Notes under the pieces: generated by a model
What the model was told of the DNA's origin: nothing
The model's input: the letters and a program-made list of their open reading frames with translations, nothing else
Database searches by the model: none
Shown here: piece after piece, positions 9,511-19,537 of the stretch
Position numbering within the stretch: position 1 is the stretch's first letter
Layout of the letters: each line of letters opens with the position of its first letter
Assembly: GCA_964521185.1 (NCBI GenBank)
Contig: CAZFRC010000002.1
Location: 7,779-71,778 of the forward strand
Source of the DNA: an uncultured Candidatus Saccharibacteria bacterium
Lineage (GTDB): Bacteria > Patescibacteriota > Minisyncoccia > Phycocordibacterales > UBA12088
Direction of reading: 5' to 3'
Length of the DNA: 64,000 bases
Made by a program: the position numbers and the translations under genes

Positions 9511-10851
9511 ATGGAAATTAATTCACAATACAGACCACTTCTTTCTGAGTTTGTGGCATTTAAGACTATTTCAACGAATTCGGCATATCGGAATGATATA
9601 GAAAAGGCTGTGTCTTGGTTGGAACGAACATACACACAGCATGCGTTTGATGTTCGTGTGGTTTCAGGATATGGAAATCCTGTTGTGGTTGCGCGTTTTA
9701 TAACAAATCCTGAATTTGAAACTTGTCTCATTTATGGCCATTACGATGTACAACCCGCACAAAAAGACGGTTGGTATGGGGATCCTTTTACGGTAGTCGA
9801 GAAAGACGGGCGTCTTTTTGCGCGGGGAGTTATTGATAACAAGGGACAGGTGTTGGTACACATGGCTACCATTTTCGCTCTCATAAAAGAAAAACGTCTT
9901 CGATACAATGTGGTATTCATGATTGAGGGAGATGAGGAAACTGGATCGCCCCATCTGGAACGCTTTATCAAAGAAAATGCCGATGTGCTTCAGGCAGATT
10001 TTGCGCTGATTTCAGACGGTGAGCAAACCAATGACCTTCCCACCATCGAGCTTGGATTTCGCGGCGGGTTTAATGCCACCGTTACCATTAAAACCAGTGA
10101 CAAAGATCTACACTCCGGTCTTTTTGGTGGAGCGATACCGAATGCGGGATATGTGATGAGTACGCTTCTTTCAAAACTCCATGATGAAAATAATAGAGTG
10201 CTGATTCCCGGATTTTACGATACCGTTGATCCCGTATCAGAAACGATACAGGACGCAAATAAAAAAATCCCTTTTGATTTTGAAACATTCAAAACCATCT
10301 CAGGAACTCGAGCGCTTCTGACTCATGATGCCTATGACTTTCATACCCAAATTGGATTCATGCCAAACGTAGATATCACCGGCGTATCGGTAGGCTACAC
10401 TGGAGAAGGGTATCGTAATGCAATCCCAGGAAACGCGATGGCAAAAATCAATTTCCGATTAACGGCAACACAGGATCCGGAAACACTCGCAAAAAAGTTT
10501 GTTGAGTTCGTTCACACATCAATGCCATCTTATGCGGATGTGCAGATTGATGTTTCGTTTCCCTATCGAGGCATTGCCATTTCAACCGATAATCCGTATG
10601 TAAGGCGTGCAGAAGAATCTTTTCGAATCGCATGTCACGCAGATCCACTTCGAAAATATTGCGGCGGCGGCCTTCCTATTGTGACCCATTACAACGACCA
10701 TCTGGGTATTCCGCAAGTGTTAGCGCCCTTGGCCAACGAGGACTGCAACATGCATGGCGTGAACGAAAACTTCAGCTTAGTATCCCTTGAAAAGGCTCTC
10801 GCGTTTAGTGAACATTTTTTCTCGCGTTCGCGTGACATGCATGCTATTTGA
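9511..10851 (+). CDS. M20-family metallopeptidase, dipeptidase/ArgE/DapE-like. The ATG is at 9511; the ORF opens at a GTG at 9502.
   Basis: GHYDVQPA, GVIDNKGQ, and MIEGDEETGSPHL are M20 metal-binding motifs. Confidence 0.8.
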   Translation: MEINSQYRPLLSEFVAFKTISTNSAYRNDIEKAVSWLERTYTQHAFDVRVVSGYGNPVVVARFITNPEFETCLIYGHYDVQPAQKDGWYGDPFTVVEKDGRLFARGVIDNKGQVLVHMATIFALIKEKRLRYNVVFMIEGDEETGSPHLERFIKENADVLQADFALISDGEQTNDLPTIELGFRGGFNATVTIKTSDKDLHSGLFGGAIPNAGYVMSTLLSKLHDENNRVLIPGFYDTVDPVSETIQDANKKIPFDFETFKTISGTRALLTHDAYDFHTQIGFMPNVDITGVSVGYTGEGYRNAIPGNAMAKINFRLTATQDPETLAKKFVEFVHTSMPSYADVQIDVSFPYRGIAISTDNPYVRRAEESFRIACHADPLRKYCGGGLPIVTHYNDHLGIPQVLAPLANEDCNMHGVNENFSLVSLEKALAFSEHFFSRSRDMHAI

Positions 10852-10904
10852 GTACCCGTAACATTCCCCTTTTCCTAAAGGGGATGGTAGTATGACGTTC
10901 ATAT

Positions 10905-13900
10905 ATGGCTACTAAAGAAAATCTTCCGGAATCAACACCAAAGTCAGAAGCGGCCGCGCGTGAAGAGCGGATATTGGCTTTCTGGAAAGAAAAAAATATT
11001 TTTCAAAAAACCCTTGAAAAACCATCTCCAAAAGGAGAATTTATATTTTACGAAGGGCCACCAACCGCTAATGGCCGTCCGGGTATTCATCACCTAGAAG
11101 CGCGTGCGTTTAAAGATGTCATTCCGCGCTACAAGACTATGAGTGGATATCATGTGCGCCGTAAGGGAGGTTGGGATACGCATGGCCTCCCGGTGGAACT
11201 TGAAGTAGAAAAGCAACTCGGCATTACTTCAAAAAAAGAGATCGAAGAGTATGGTATTGCCGCTTTTAATAAAAAATGCAAAGAAAGCGTATGGAAATAT
11301 GTGGATGAATGGAGACGGTTCACTGACCGTATGGCTTATTGGGTCGATATTGATAATGCGTATATTACCTATGATTCTCGGTACATAGAATCAGTGTGGA
11401 GTATTGTTGCCAAAATTCACAAAGACGGCCGACTTTTCAAAGATTACAAAGTGGTGCCATGGTGTCCTCGGTGCGGGACCGCACTTTCATCTCACGAGCT
11501 TGCCCAAGGATATCAAGACGACACCGATACTTCGGTGTATGTAAAATTTAGGATCAAGGACCCCAAGCTCATAGGGTTGTCTGGTGATGTGTATCTTGTT
11601 GCGTGGACTACCACCCCGTGGACGTTGCCGGGAAATGTGGCGCTTGCCGTCAGAGAAGATATAGATTATGTAGTGTGGACACAACAGTCTGCACAGGGAA
11701 AGAAAGAGGTTTGTATCGGAGCAAAAAAATTCATTGCTTCCAGAAAAAACGCTGCGGAATTCAATGTACTTCAAGAAAAAAAGGGGGAAGAACTTGTGGG
11801 TATATCCTACGAACCGCTTTTTCCGTTTATTGAGGATACTATTTCAGAAACTGAAAAACCAAATCTAGCAAACGCATATAAAGTGTATGCTGCAGATTTT
11901 GTGACAACTGAAGAAGGTACGGGAATTGTGCATACCGCGGTTATGTATGGCGCGGATGACTTTGAACTTGGAACGCGCGTACACCTCCCAAAACATCATC
12001 TCGTTACCGAGCAGGGCACGTTTATTTCCGGTACGGCCTTTCTTGAGGGAAAGTTTGTAAAAGCACCTGAGACGGAACACTCAATCATTAATGATCTTTC
12101 TTCTCGAGAACTCTTGTATGCGACTGAACCTTATACGCACAGTTATCCGCATTGTTGGCGTTGCAAGACGCCGCTTATCTATTATGCGAATGATTCGTGG
12201 TTTTTCCGAATGACAGATTTACGAGAAGCGCTTATTTCTGAAAACAATAAGATTCACTGGGAACCAGCGCATATTCGTGAAGGGCGATTCGGTGAATGGC
12301 TCTCAGGGGTTAAAGATTGGGCGATTTCAAGGAAACGTTATTGGGGAACGCCGCTCCCTGTATGGAAAAGTGATGACGGAACAGAAGCAGTGGTCGTTGA
12401 TTCGGTACACACACTAAAAGATCGCGTTAAGAAATCTGGCAACCGCTACTTTATTATGCGACATGGGCATGCTACCCATCTTGAACAGGGAATATTTTCT
12501 GCGAATATGGACATTTCATATTCGCTCACGGACAATGGGCGCACCGAAGTAAGAAGAGCGGCTGAATCACTAAAAAAGATGGGTATTACAAAGATATATT
12601 CATCACCATTTACCCGTTGCGTAGAGACGAGCGAAGAAATTGCCCATATTATTGGAATTCCCAAGGAGTCTATAGTGGTCGATTCACGTCTTGGAGAACT
12701 CGGTTTCGGTGAGTTTAGTGAACAACCCTCCGCGGAATATACCGCATGGGAGGACGCGACGCCTGACTCGTTTACTGACACCCCGAAAAACGGCGAAAGT
12801 AAAAAAGACGCCAAACGCCGTTTCGGTTCTTTTTTGTATGAAGTTGAAAATGCTCTTTCCGATCAAAACATTCTCATAGTGACTCATGCGTATGGGCACA
12901 AAGCGATGAGCATGGTTGCGGAAGGAGCGGACGATACGAGATCGAAGGCAATCGCTAGAATGAAAGGGCTTGATCCCGCGGAGATTGTCCCGCTCTCTTT
13001 TGTCCCGCTACCCCATAATGAAGATTATGAACTCGATCTTCACCGTCCGTATGTAGACGATGTAGTTTTGATCGGTGATTCCGGCAAGGAGCTTCGGCGT
13101 GTTTCGGACGTCATGGATGTATGGCTTGATTCAGGTGCTATGCCTTTTGCGCAAGACCATTACCCATTTGAAAATAAACCATGGGTTGATGGACCAGGAT
13201 ATCCGGCTGACTACATTTCCGAAGCAATTGACCAGACGCGCGGATGGTTCTATACGCTCCATGCGGTGGGCATTTTGATGAATCGCGGACGCGCGTTCAA
13301 CAACGTCATATGTTTAGGCCATCTTCTTGATGCGAAAGGTAAAAAAATGTCGAAATCAGTTGGCAACGTGGTAAACCCGTGGGACATGATTGAAAAATAC
13401 GGAATTGACGCGCTTCGTTTGTGGATGTTTTCGATCAATGCTTCCGGCGAATCAAAAAATTTCGACGAGAAAACTGTGGATGAAATAGTAAAAAAAGTAT
13501 TTAACCTACTTTTAAACAGTGTTAAATTTTATGAACTGTATACGCCGCGCAGCGTTGTCGCCATGGATCCATTTAAAAGCGCGCACGTGCTTGATCGTTG
13601 GATTATTGCGCGTCTCCACAAGCTCCTGTTGGATACTACCAAAGATTTGGATGCGTACCGTGTGCTTGAGGCGGCGCGCGCGATTCGAGAATTTGTCGCA
13701 GATTTATCACAATGGTATATTCGTCGCTCACGGGATCGATTTAAGGCCGAAGACGAACAAGCGTCATATGCGGTTGCAACAACTCGATACGTGTTTCGTA
13801 CACTTGCACAAATTATGGCCCCTATGACTCCTTTTATCGCAGAAGAGATATATCTGAAATTTAAAGAGGCGAGCGATCCGGAGAGCGTGCATCTTACGCA

Positions 13901-14420
13901 ATGGCCTCAAGTATCCTCTTATGACCATGTGTTGCTTCACGATATGCAAAATACGCGAGAGGTAGCCTCAATGGCGCTTGAAGCGCGTGCTCGTCTTGGC
14001 ATCAAAGTGCGACAACCGCTTCAGCGCATCACGCTTAAGAACGGAATGGTGGGTAGTCGGCCTGATCTCATTGCCATCATTGCGGATGAGGTTAACGTGA
14101 AAGAAGTTGTTTGTGATCCCACTCTCGAAGAAGAGGTGGTCCTCGATTCAACGATCACTCCAGAATTACTCGACGAAGGAGTGCTTCGAGATATTATTAG
14201 GGCAATTCAGCAGTCGAGAAAAAACGCAGGGCTACTGCCAGGTGTTCCAGTGAAGCTATTGATTGATTCAAACGATCATCGGATCAAAGATTTTTTTGAA
14301 CAGTATAAAGAAGAATTTGCTAAAGCAACTAGCGTTATCGAAATGGTTTTTGTTCCTGTGTCGGCAGAACCAATCGATTTTTTTGGCACACCGCTTCGGT
14401 TGGAAATAGTGAGCCAATAA
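10905..14420 (+). CDS. ileS: Isoleucyl-tRNA synthetase, type 2 (archaeal/eukaryote-like), carrying a ~200-aa in-frame histidine-phosphatase (PGAM-like) domain insertion.
   Basis: PPTANGRPGIHH (HIGH), KMSKS, WAISRKRYWGTPLPVW, DLHRPYVDD, and DVWLDSGAMPFAQDHYPFENK. The insert FIMRHGHATH...SSPFTRCVETSE...LGELGFGEF...ILIVTHAYGHKAM lies between PVW and DLHRPY. Confidence 0.9.
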   Translation: MATKENLPESTPKSEAAAREERILAFWKEKNIFQKTLEKPSPKGEFIFYEGPPTANGRPGIHHLEARAFKDVIPRYKTMSGYHVRRKGGWDTHGLPVELEVEKQLGITSKKEIEEYGIAAFNKKCKESVWKYVDEWRRFTDRMAYWVDIDNAYITYDSRYIESVWSIVAKIHKDGRLFKDYKVVPWCPRCGTALSSHELAQGYQDDTDTSVYVKFRIKDPKLIGLSGDVYLVAWTTTPWTLPGNVALAVREDIDYVVWTQQSAQGKKEVCIGAKKFIASRKNAAEFNVLQEKKGEELVGISYEPLFPFIEDTISETEKPNLANAYKVYAADFVTTEEGTGIVHTAVMYGADDFELGTRVHLPKHHLVTEQGTFISGTAFLEGKFVKAPETEHSIINDLSSRELLYATEPYTHSYPHCWRCKTPLIYYANDSWFFRMTDLREALISENNKIHWEPAHIREGRFGEWLSGVKDWAISRKRYWGTPLPVWKSDDGTEAVVVDSVHTLKDRVKKSGNRYFIMRHGHATHLEQGIFSANMDISYSLTDNGRTEVRRAAESLKKMGITKIYSSPFTRCVETSEEIAHIIGIPKESIVVDSRLGELGFGEFSEQPSAEYTAWEDATPDSFTDTPKNGESKKDAKRRFGSFLYEVENALSDQNILIVTHAYGHKAMSMVAEGADDTRSKAIARMKGLDPAEIVPLSFVPLPHNEDYELDLHRPYVDDVVLIGDSGKELRRVSDVMDVWLDSGAMPFAQDHYPFENKPWVDGPGYPADYISEAIDQTRGWFYTLHAVGILMNRGRAFNNVICLGHLLDAKGKKMSKSVGNVVNPWDMIEKYGIDALRLWMFSINASGESKNFDEKTVDEIVKKVFNLLLNSVKFYELYTPRSVVAMDPFKSAHVLDRWIIARLHKLLLDTTKDLDAYRVLEAARAIREFVADLSQWYIRRSRDRFKAEDEQASYAVATTRYVFRTLAQIMAPMTPFIAEEIYLKFKEASDPESVHLTQWPQVSSYDHVLLHDMQNTREVASMALEARARLGIKVRQPLQRITLKNGMVGSRPDLIAIIADEVNVKEVVCDPTLEEEVVLDSTITPELLDEGVLRDIIRAIQQSRKNAGLLPGVPVKLLIDSNDHRIKDFFEQYKEEFAKATSVIEMVFVPVSAEPIDFFGTPLRLEIVSQ

Positions 14421-14429
14421 CACCTTGCC

Positions 14430-15017
14430 ATGGCGCATCATGTGTACGAAACCGACGCAATCATCATTCGGACAATCGGAGTAGGAGAGGGAAGCCAGCT
14501 TGTCGCATGCTACACCAGCACTCACGGAATGCTGTATGTTCAGACGCGAAGTTCACGCGAAGAACGTTCGAAAATGCGTTACGCACTTTCACCTTTTTCA
14601 AAAGTGCGAACACTTCTTGTCCGGGGTGCGGGCACATGGAGACTTCGGGGAATTGATCAAATCGACGGCTCCTTGTTCGATCTGACGCGAGGGCAGCAGC
14701 GCACACTCGGAGCTCGGTTGATGTGGGTGACGCAACGATTGGTGCATGGTGAAGGTGCGAACTCGCAATTATTTGGCGCGCTTTGGGATGCACACCATAT
14801 TCTTATGCATCACAAATTATCACCACTACAGCTTTCTTCACTTGAACGCATCACTCTTGTTAAAATCCTCGCGGCGCTTGGGTACGCTACGCTCCCACCT
14901 CAGTTCCTTCCTACAATAACGTCTTCTATAAGTATCGATCACCTTCATATCCCCTCTCACCTTGAAAAACTCTACACGCAAATTATCAATACCGCATTTA
15001 AAGAAAGTCATCTTTAA
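14430..15017 (+). CDS. recO: DNA repair protein RecO-like, short form.
   Basis: The N-terminal OB-fold pattern ETDAIIIRTIGVGEGSQLVACYTSTHGMLYVQTRSSR...ALSPFSKV...LRG is typical of RecO. Confidence 0.5.
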   Translation: MAHHVYETDAIIIRTIGVGEGSQLVACYTSTHGMLYVQTRSSREERSKMRYALSPFSKVRTLLVRGAGTWRLRGIDQIDGSLFDLTRGQQRTLGARLMWVTQRLVHGEGANSQLFGALWDAHHILMHHKLSPLQLSSLERITLVKILAALGYATLPPQFLPTITSSISIDHLHIPSHLEKLYTQIINTAFKESHL

Positions 15018-15061
15018 AATGCATATTTTGTTTCTTTTGTCGGCACGGTATAATTTTTTAA

Positions 15062-16975
15062 ATGACATACGAGAGCAAGCATGATTCAATTGAAAAAGTA
15101 AAATCGAGACTATATTCGAGAACACCGCCGCCAGATATGCATACCATGCGGCACGCGCTTCATGATATACCTCACGAAGTTCGGGAGTCTTGGCAGGAGG
15201 ATTCTGATGGGCCGCACCATATATTAGTACCCTATACGAAACGTTCAAATTTCCTTCCAACCCTCTTTACGATCTCCGTATTCTTTTTTTTACTCGCAAC
15301 CACAATCTCCATTTTTCTTATTTTAGGAGGGCGAAATTTGGTTTCATCTGAAAATATCGATATCACGATACTTGGTCCTGTGGCGCTTGCTGGCGGGGAA
15401 GAGCTTGAACTTCAGCTGTCAGTGGTTAATCGAAATGCGGTGCCTATTCAGACTACTGATTTGATTGTCGAATATCCCTCAGGTACGCGTTCGGCGAACA
15501 ATGTGGCAGTCGAACTTCCTCGACATCGAGAGTCGCTTGGCGTTATTGCACCAGGCGAAGAGGTGCGGCGCACTGTTCGCGCAGTGTTGTTTGGAGACGA
15601 GGGAGAAACGCAAAACATCCCTGTTACGGTTGAGTACCGCGTAGAAGGATCAAACGCTATTTTTTATACCGAAACCGTTCATAATGTGGTCCTCTCTTCG
15701 TCTCCTCTTGCGGTATCCGTCGAAGGGCTTGAAGAGGTTACCTCTGGGCAGGAGGTAGAGTTTACCGTTACGGTTCGATCGAATTCAGAATCTCGCATTG
15801 ACGACGTACTCATGGTCGCCACATATCCATTTGGATTTTCTATAAAAGACACATCTCCGCGATCAGCATATGACAATTCAGTTTTTGCACTTGGTTCATT
15901 TGAGACGGGAGACACAAAAACAGTTGTCATCCGAGGTACTGTTGTCGGCGTGGAAAGCGATGAGCGTGTTTTTCGGTTTGAAACAGGTACCAGAAATCCC
16001 GAAAATGATCGAACACTCGCTGCAGTTTTTGGTAAAGACGAAATAGTGGTTGATGTGCGTCGTGCGTTTATTACTATCCTGCCAACCATAAATGGTAACG
16101 TGAATTCCACGGTATCGGTCTCTCCTGGCCAAGACGTTACTTTCTCTCTCCAATGGGAGAATACGCTCGCAGTCCCCATATTTGACGCGGAAATTTCTGT
16201 AGCTATTGAGGGGTCATTTGATGAACGCACGGTTAAAGGGGAAGGGTACTACGATTCAATAACGAACACTATACGTTTTACTAGGGACACTGTTCCCGCG
16301 CTTTCAAATATTGAACCCGGCGCAACCGGTTCGGTGTCATTCAAGGTATCGCCGCTTCCTCAGATTACTGGCGAGGCGGGGAGAAATCCGACGATCACTT
16401 TTACCTCTGATGTAAAAGGCAGGAGACTGAACGAGAGTCGTGTGCCAGAAATTCTGGAAACAACCCTGACTCGTATGGCACAAATTACCTCCGCGGTTAC
16501 ATTTGAGGGAGAAACGCGATATGAGGGTGGAACCATTAACAATTTCGGACCATTTCCTCCTCGTGCTGAGCAAGAGACTGCGTACAGCATAGTATGGCGT
16601 CTCACAAACATGGTCAATGACGTAGGAAATATCAAAGTAACCGCAACGCTTCCTTCGTATGTAAAATGGATGGATGTCACTAGTCCGCCAGGCGCAGAGA
16701 TTTCATACAATCCAGAGCTCCGTCTTGTTACTTGGTATGTTGCCAATCTCCCCGCCCGAGCAAGTGGGGGGAGCGGAATTGTCGAGACTGAGTTTCAGAT
16801 CGCAATAACTCCAAGCTTGAGTCAAATAGGCACTAAACCTATACTCCTTTTGTCACCAAAAATGGTAGGTACGGATCGTTTTACGAAGGTGCAGCTGTCG
16901 GGTAGTATTGAAAACCAAACCACAGAAGTATGGGATCCAAATGCTCCAAAAGATCATGAGAAGGTGTGGCCGTAA
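15062..16975 (+). CDS. Hypothetical membrane-anchored surface protein of 637 aa with beta-rich repeated extracellular domains.
   Basis: A cytoplasmic N-terminus, then one TM helix (LFTISVFFFLLATTISIFLILGG), followed by Thr/Val/Ser-rich beta-strand domains. Confidence 0.55.
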   Translation: MTYESKHDSIEKVKSRLYSRTPPPDMHTMRHALHDIPHEVRESWQEDSDGPHHILVPYTKRSNFLPTLFTISVFFFLLATTISIFLILGGRNLVSSENIDITILGPVALAGGEELELQLSVVNRNAVPIQTTDLIVEYPSGTRSANNVAVELPRHRESLGVIAPGEEVRRTVRAVLFGDEGETQNIPVTVEYRVEGSNAIFYTETVHNVVLSSSPLAVSVEGLEEVTSGQEVEFTVTVRSNSESRIDDVLMVATYPFGFSIKDTSPRSAYDNSVFALGSFETGDTKTVVIRGTVVGVESDERVFRFETGTRNPENDRTLAAVFGKDEIVVDVRRAFITILPTINGNVNSTVSVSPGQDVTFSLQWENTLAVPIFDAEISVAIEGSFDERTVKGEGYYDSITNTIRFTRDTVPALSNIEPGATGSVSFKVSPLPQITGEAGRNPTITFTSDVKGRRLNESRVPEILETTLTRMAQITSAVTFEGETRYEGGTINNFGPFPPRAEQETAYSIVWRLTNMVNDVGNIKVTATLPSYVKWMDVTSPPGAEISYNPELRLVTWYVANLPARASGGSGIVETEFQIAITPSLSQIGTKPILLLSPKMVGTDRFTKVQLSGSIENQTTEVWDPNAPKDHEKVWP

Positions 16976-16980
16976 TACCT

Positions 16981-18351
16981 ATGGATACTCACGTTAATCT
17001 GGAAACATTGTCTGCGCTCGCTAAACGGCGTGGCTTTGTCTATCCGGGTTCTGAAATATACGGAGGTTTCCCTGGGACGTACGATTATGGTCCGTATGGA
17101 ACATTGCTCGCAACCAACATACGCAACGCTTGGTTTAAGGCGATGGTACAAATGGAGGATAATGTAGTGGGTCTCGATTCGGCCATCTTTACTCATCCAA
17201 AAGTATGGGAGGCTTCGGGCCATGTGGGAGGATTTTCAGATCCGCTTGTTGAGTGTAAATCATGCCATACTCGTTCACGCGCAGACCATCTTCTCGAGGC
17301 GGTAGGGGCGTTCGCAGATGAGAAAATGTCAATTGAAGACATTAATGATGTGTTTGATACCCATCGCGCTACAATCAAATGCCCCATGTGTGGCAAAAAG
17401 GAATTTACGGAAGTAAAACGTTTTAACCTTCTCGTGCAGTCCAATCTCGGAAATTTTACCGACGACTGGACGAAATCCCCAACCTATTTGCGAGGCGAGA
17501 CATGCCAAGGAATTTACATTAACTTTAAGAATGTGATCGATACGGCACGGGTAAAGGTGCCGTTTGGTATTGCGCAAATCGGTAAAGCGTTTCGAAATGA
17601 AATTGCGCCACGACAGTATATTTTCCGAAAGCGTGAATTTGAACAAATGGAAATGCAAATGTTTGTGCGTCCTGAAGATGAAATGACAGTCTATGACGTG
17701 TGGAGAAAAAAACGCTGGCAATATTATCTTGATCTCGGATTTAAGGAAGAACATCTCGCTTGGCATCAGCATGAGAACTTAGTCTTTTACGCAAAGGCCG
17801 CGTGGGATATCGAATACCAGTTTCCTTTCGGATTTAAAGAGCTTGAAGGTATCCATGCGCGTGGCAATTACGACCTCTCTCAGCATCAAACCTTTTCAGG
17901 CGCGGATCTTTCGTATACCGATCCAACCACACACGAAAAATACATCCCCCATATAGTTGAAACGTCGGTTGGGGTTGACCGGACATTTCTTGCGGTAATG
18001 ACGGAATTTTATGATGAAGATGAATTGGGAGGAGAAAAACGCACCGTGATGCGATTTCCGAAACTGCTTGCGCCCATTAAGGCTGCAGTATTTCCACTTC
18101 TGAAAAACAAGCCGGAATTAGTAACAAAAGCCCAAGACGTGCATGCCAAGCTTCGGAAAGAAATGCAAACTGAGTTTGACGATAATGGCAATATTGGCAA
18201 AAGGTATCGTCGTCAGGATGAAATCGGCACCCCCTATTGCGTTACCATTGATTTTCAAACACTCGAAGATGATACAGTCACTGTGCGGGAGAGGGATAGC
18301 GGAGAACAAGAGAGAGTCGCCGTAGACAGTCTAATCTCTGCTCTGCTTTAG
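16981..18351 (+). CDS. glyS: Glycyl-tRNA synthetase, alpha2 (eukaryote/archaeal-like) type. The ATG is at 16981.
   Basis: LAKRRGFVYPGSEIYGGFPGTYDYGPYG, plus class II motifs. Confidence 0.9.
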   Translation: MDTHVNLETLSALAKRRGFVYPGSEIYGGFPGTYDYGPYGTLLATNIRNAWFKAMVQMEDNVVGLDSAIFTHPKVWEASGHVGGFSDPLVECKSCHTRSRADHLLEAVGAFADEKMSIEDINDVFDTHRATIKCPMCGKKEFTEVKRFNLLVQSNLGNFTDDWTKSPTYLRGETCQGIYINFKNVIDTARVKVPFGIAQIGKAFRNEIAPRQYIFRKREFEQMEMQMFVRPEDEMTVYDVWRKKRWQYYLDLGFKEEHLAWHQHENLVFYAKAAWDIEYQFPFGFKELEGIHARGNYDLSQHQTFSGADLSYTDPTTHEKYIPHIVETSVGVDRTFLAVMTEFYDEDELGGEKRTVMRFPKLLAPIKAAVFPLLKNKPELVTKAQDVHAKLRKEMQTEFDDNGNIGKRYRRQDEIGTPYCVTIDFQTLEDDTVTVRERDSGEQERVAVDSLISALL

Positions 18352-18438
18352 AAACGGCAGCAGCGTTTCGGATTCTTAACAGAGGGTTACTCCTATTGTG
18401 CGACCAATCATGCTGAAGATGGGAGGCCGGTCTTTTTT

Positions 18439-19533
18439 TTGTATGATACGGATGATAGGATGAAAGTCATGAAAGAGCTCCCGGTGGCTACTATTGCAAT
18501 CACTACGGGCACGTTCGTCCGCGCTCTATCCGTTCTGATAGTACTTGGACTTGTTTTTTATCTTCAAGATGTGGTTTTGGTGCTTTTGACCGCTATTGTG
18601 ATCGCGTCAGCCATCGAGCCTGGCGTACGGCGTCTCATGTTTTGGGGGATCCCGCGCATTATTTCTGTAATCCTTGTGTATCTTGGTATCGCAAGTTTGT
18701 TCATCGGGGTGCTCTATGCGTTTATTCCCCTTGTGCTTGATGAAACGCTCTCATTTCTTGCCCTTCTTCCGAATTTTCTCGACACCATCATCGTGCAAAA
18801 CCCACTTGCGCATAGCAATTTTTTAAACACAGGGAATATCGTCGACACGCTTTCGCTTCGCGATTTCATAAATGGATTTCGAGAATCGTTTGCTACGGTG
18901 CCCGGCGGGTTTGTGCAGACCATCTCGCTTGCGTTCGGAGGTTTCCTTTCGTTCCTTCTCATTATCGTATTTTCCTTTTACTTTTCGGTTCAAGAGCGTG
19001 GTATCGAGGATTTTCTTCGCATCGTAACGCCTCGTCGGTATGAAGAGCAGGCGATAGATCTGTGGCAGCGGGCTCGTCAAAAAATCGGACTGTGGATGCA
19101 AGGGCAGCTCTTGTTGGCGTTGCTGGTTGGAGTGCTCGTGTATCTAGGACTCACTATCCTTGGGGTGGAATACGCCCTTATCTTTGCCGCATTAGCGGCT
19201 ATCCTTGAGCTGATTCCCGTGTTTGGGCCGGTTCTGGCAGCAGTTCCGGCAGTTATTTTTGGGTTTGTGAGCGGCGGGGCGACAATCGGGTTTTTGGTGA
19301 TTGGTTTTTATATCATCATCCAGCAATTTGAAAATCATTTGCTCCAACCCCTTGTCGTCACTAAGGTCGTCGGTGTGCCGCCTCTTCTGGTTATTCTTTC
19401 TCTTGTGGTCGGCGCAAAACTTGCCGGCTTTCTTGGACTCATTCTCGCGGTTCCTGTTGCCGTGGTTATTGCCGAGCTTGTGGGCGACGTCAAACGTGCT
19501 CGGGCTGAAATTGCGGGGAAGCGAGAAGAGTGA
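18439..19533 (+). CDS. AI-2E family transporter (UPF0118/PerM-like).
   Basis: Polytopic. The ...AILELIPVFGPVLAAVPAVIFGF...QQFENHLLQPLVV... signature is present. Confidence 0.8.
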   Translation: MYDTDDRMKVMKELPVATIAITTGTFVRALSVLIVLGLVFYLQDVVLVLLTAIVIASAIEPGVRRLMFWGIPRIISVILVYLGIASLFIGVLYAFIPLVLDETLSFLALLPNFLDTIIVQNPLAHSNFLNTGNIVDTLSLRDFINGFRESFATVPGGFVQTISLAFGGFLSFLLIIVFSFYFSVQERGIEDFLRIVTPRRYEEQAIDLWQRARQKIGLWMQGQLLLALLVGVLVYLGLTILGVEYALIFAALAAILELIPVFGPVLAAVPAVIFGFVSGGATIGFLVIGFYIIIQQFENHLLQPLVVTKVVGVPPLLVILSLVVGAKLAGFLGLILAVPVAVVIAELVGDVKRARAEIAGKREE

Positions 19534-19537
19534 TTAG

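Noticed and set aside
9294-9731. 145-aa ORF on the minus strand overlapping the start of the M20 peptidase.
   Set aside because: It is antisense to a well-supported gene and has no motif.
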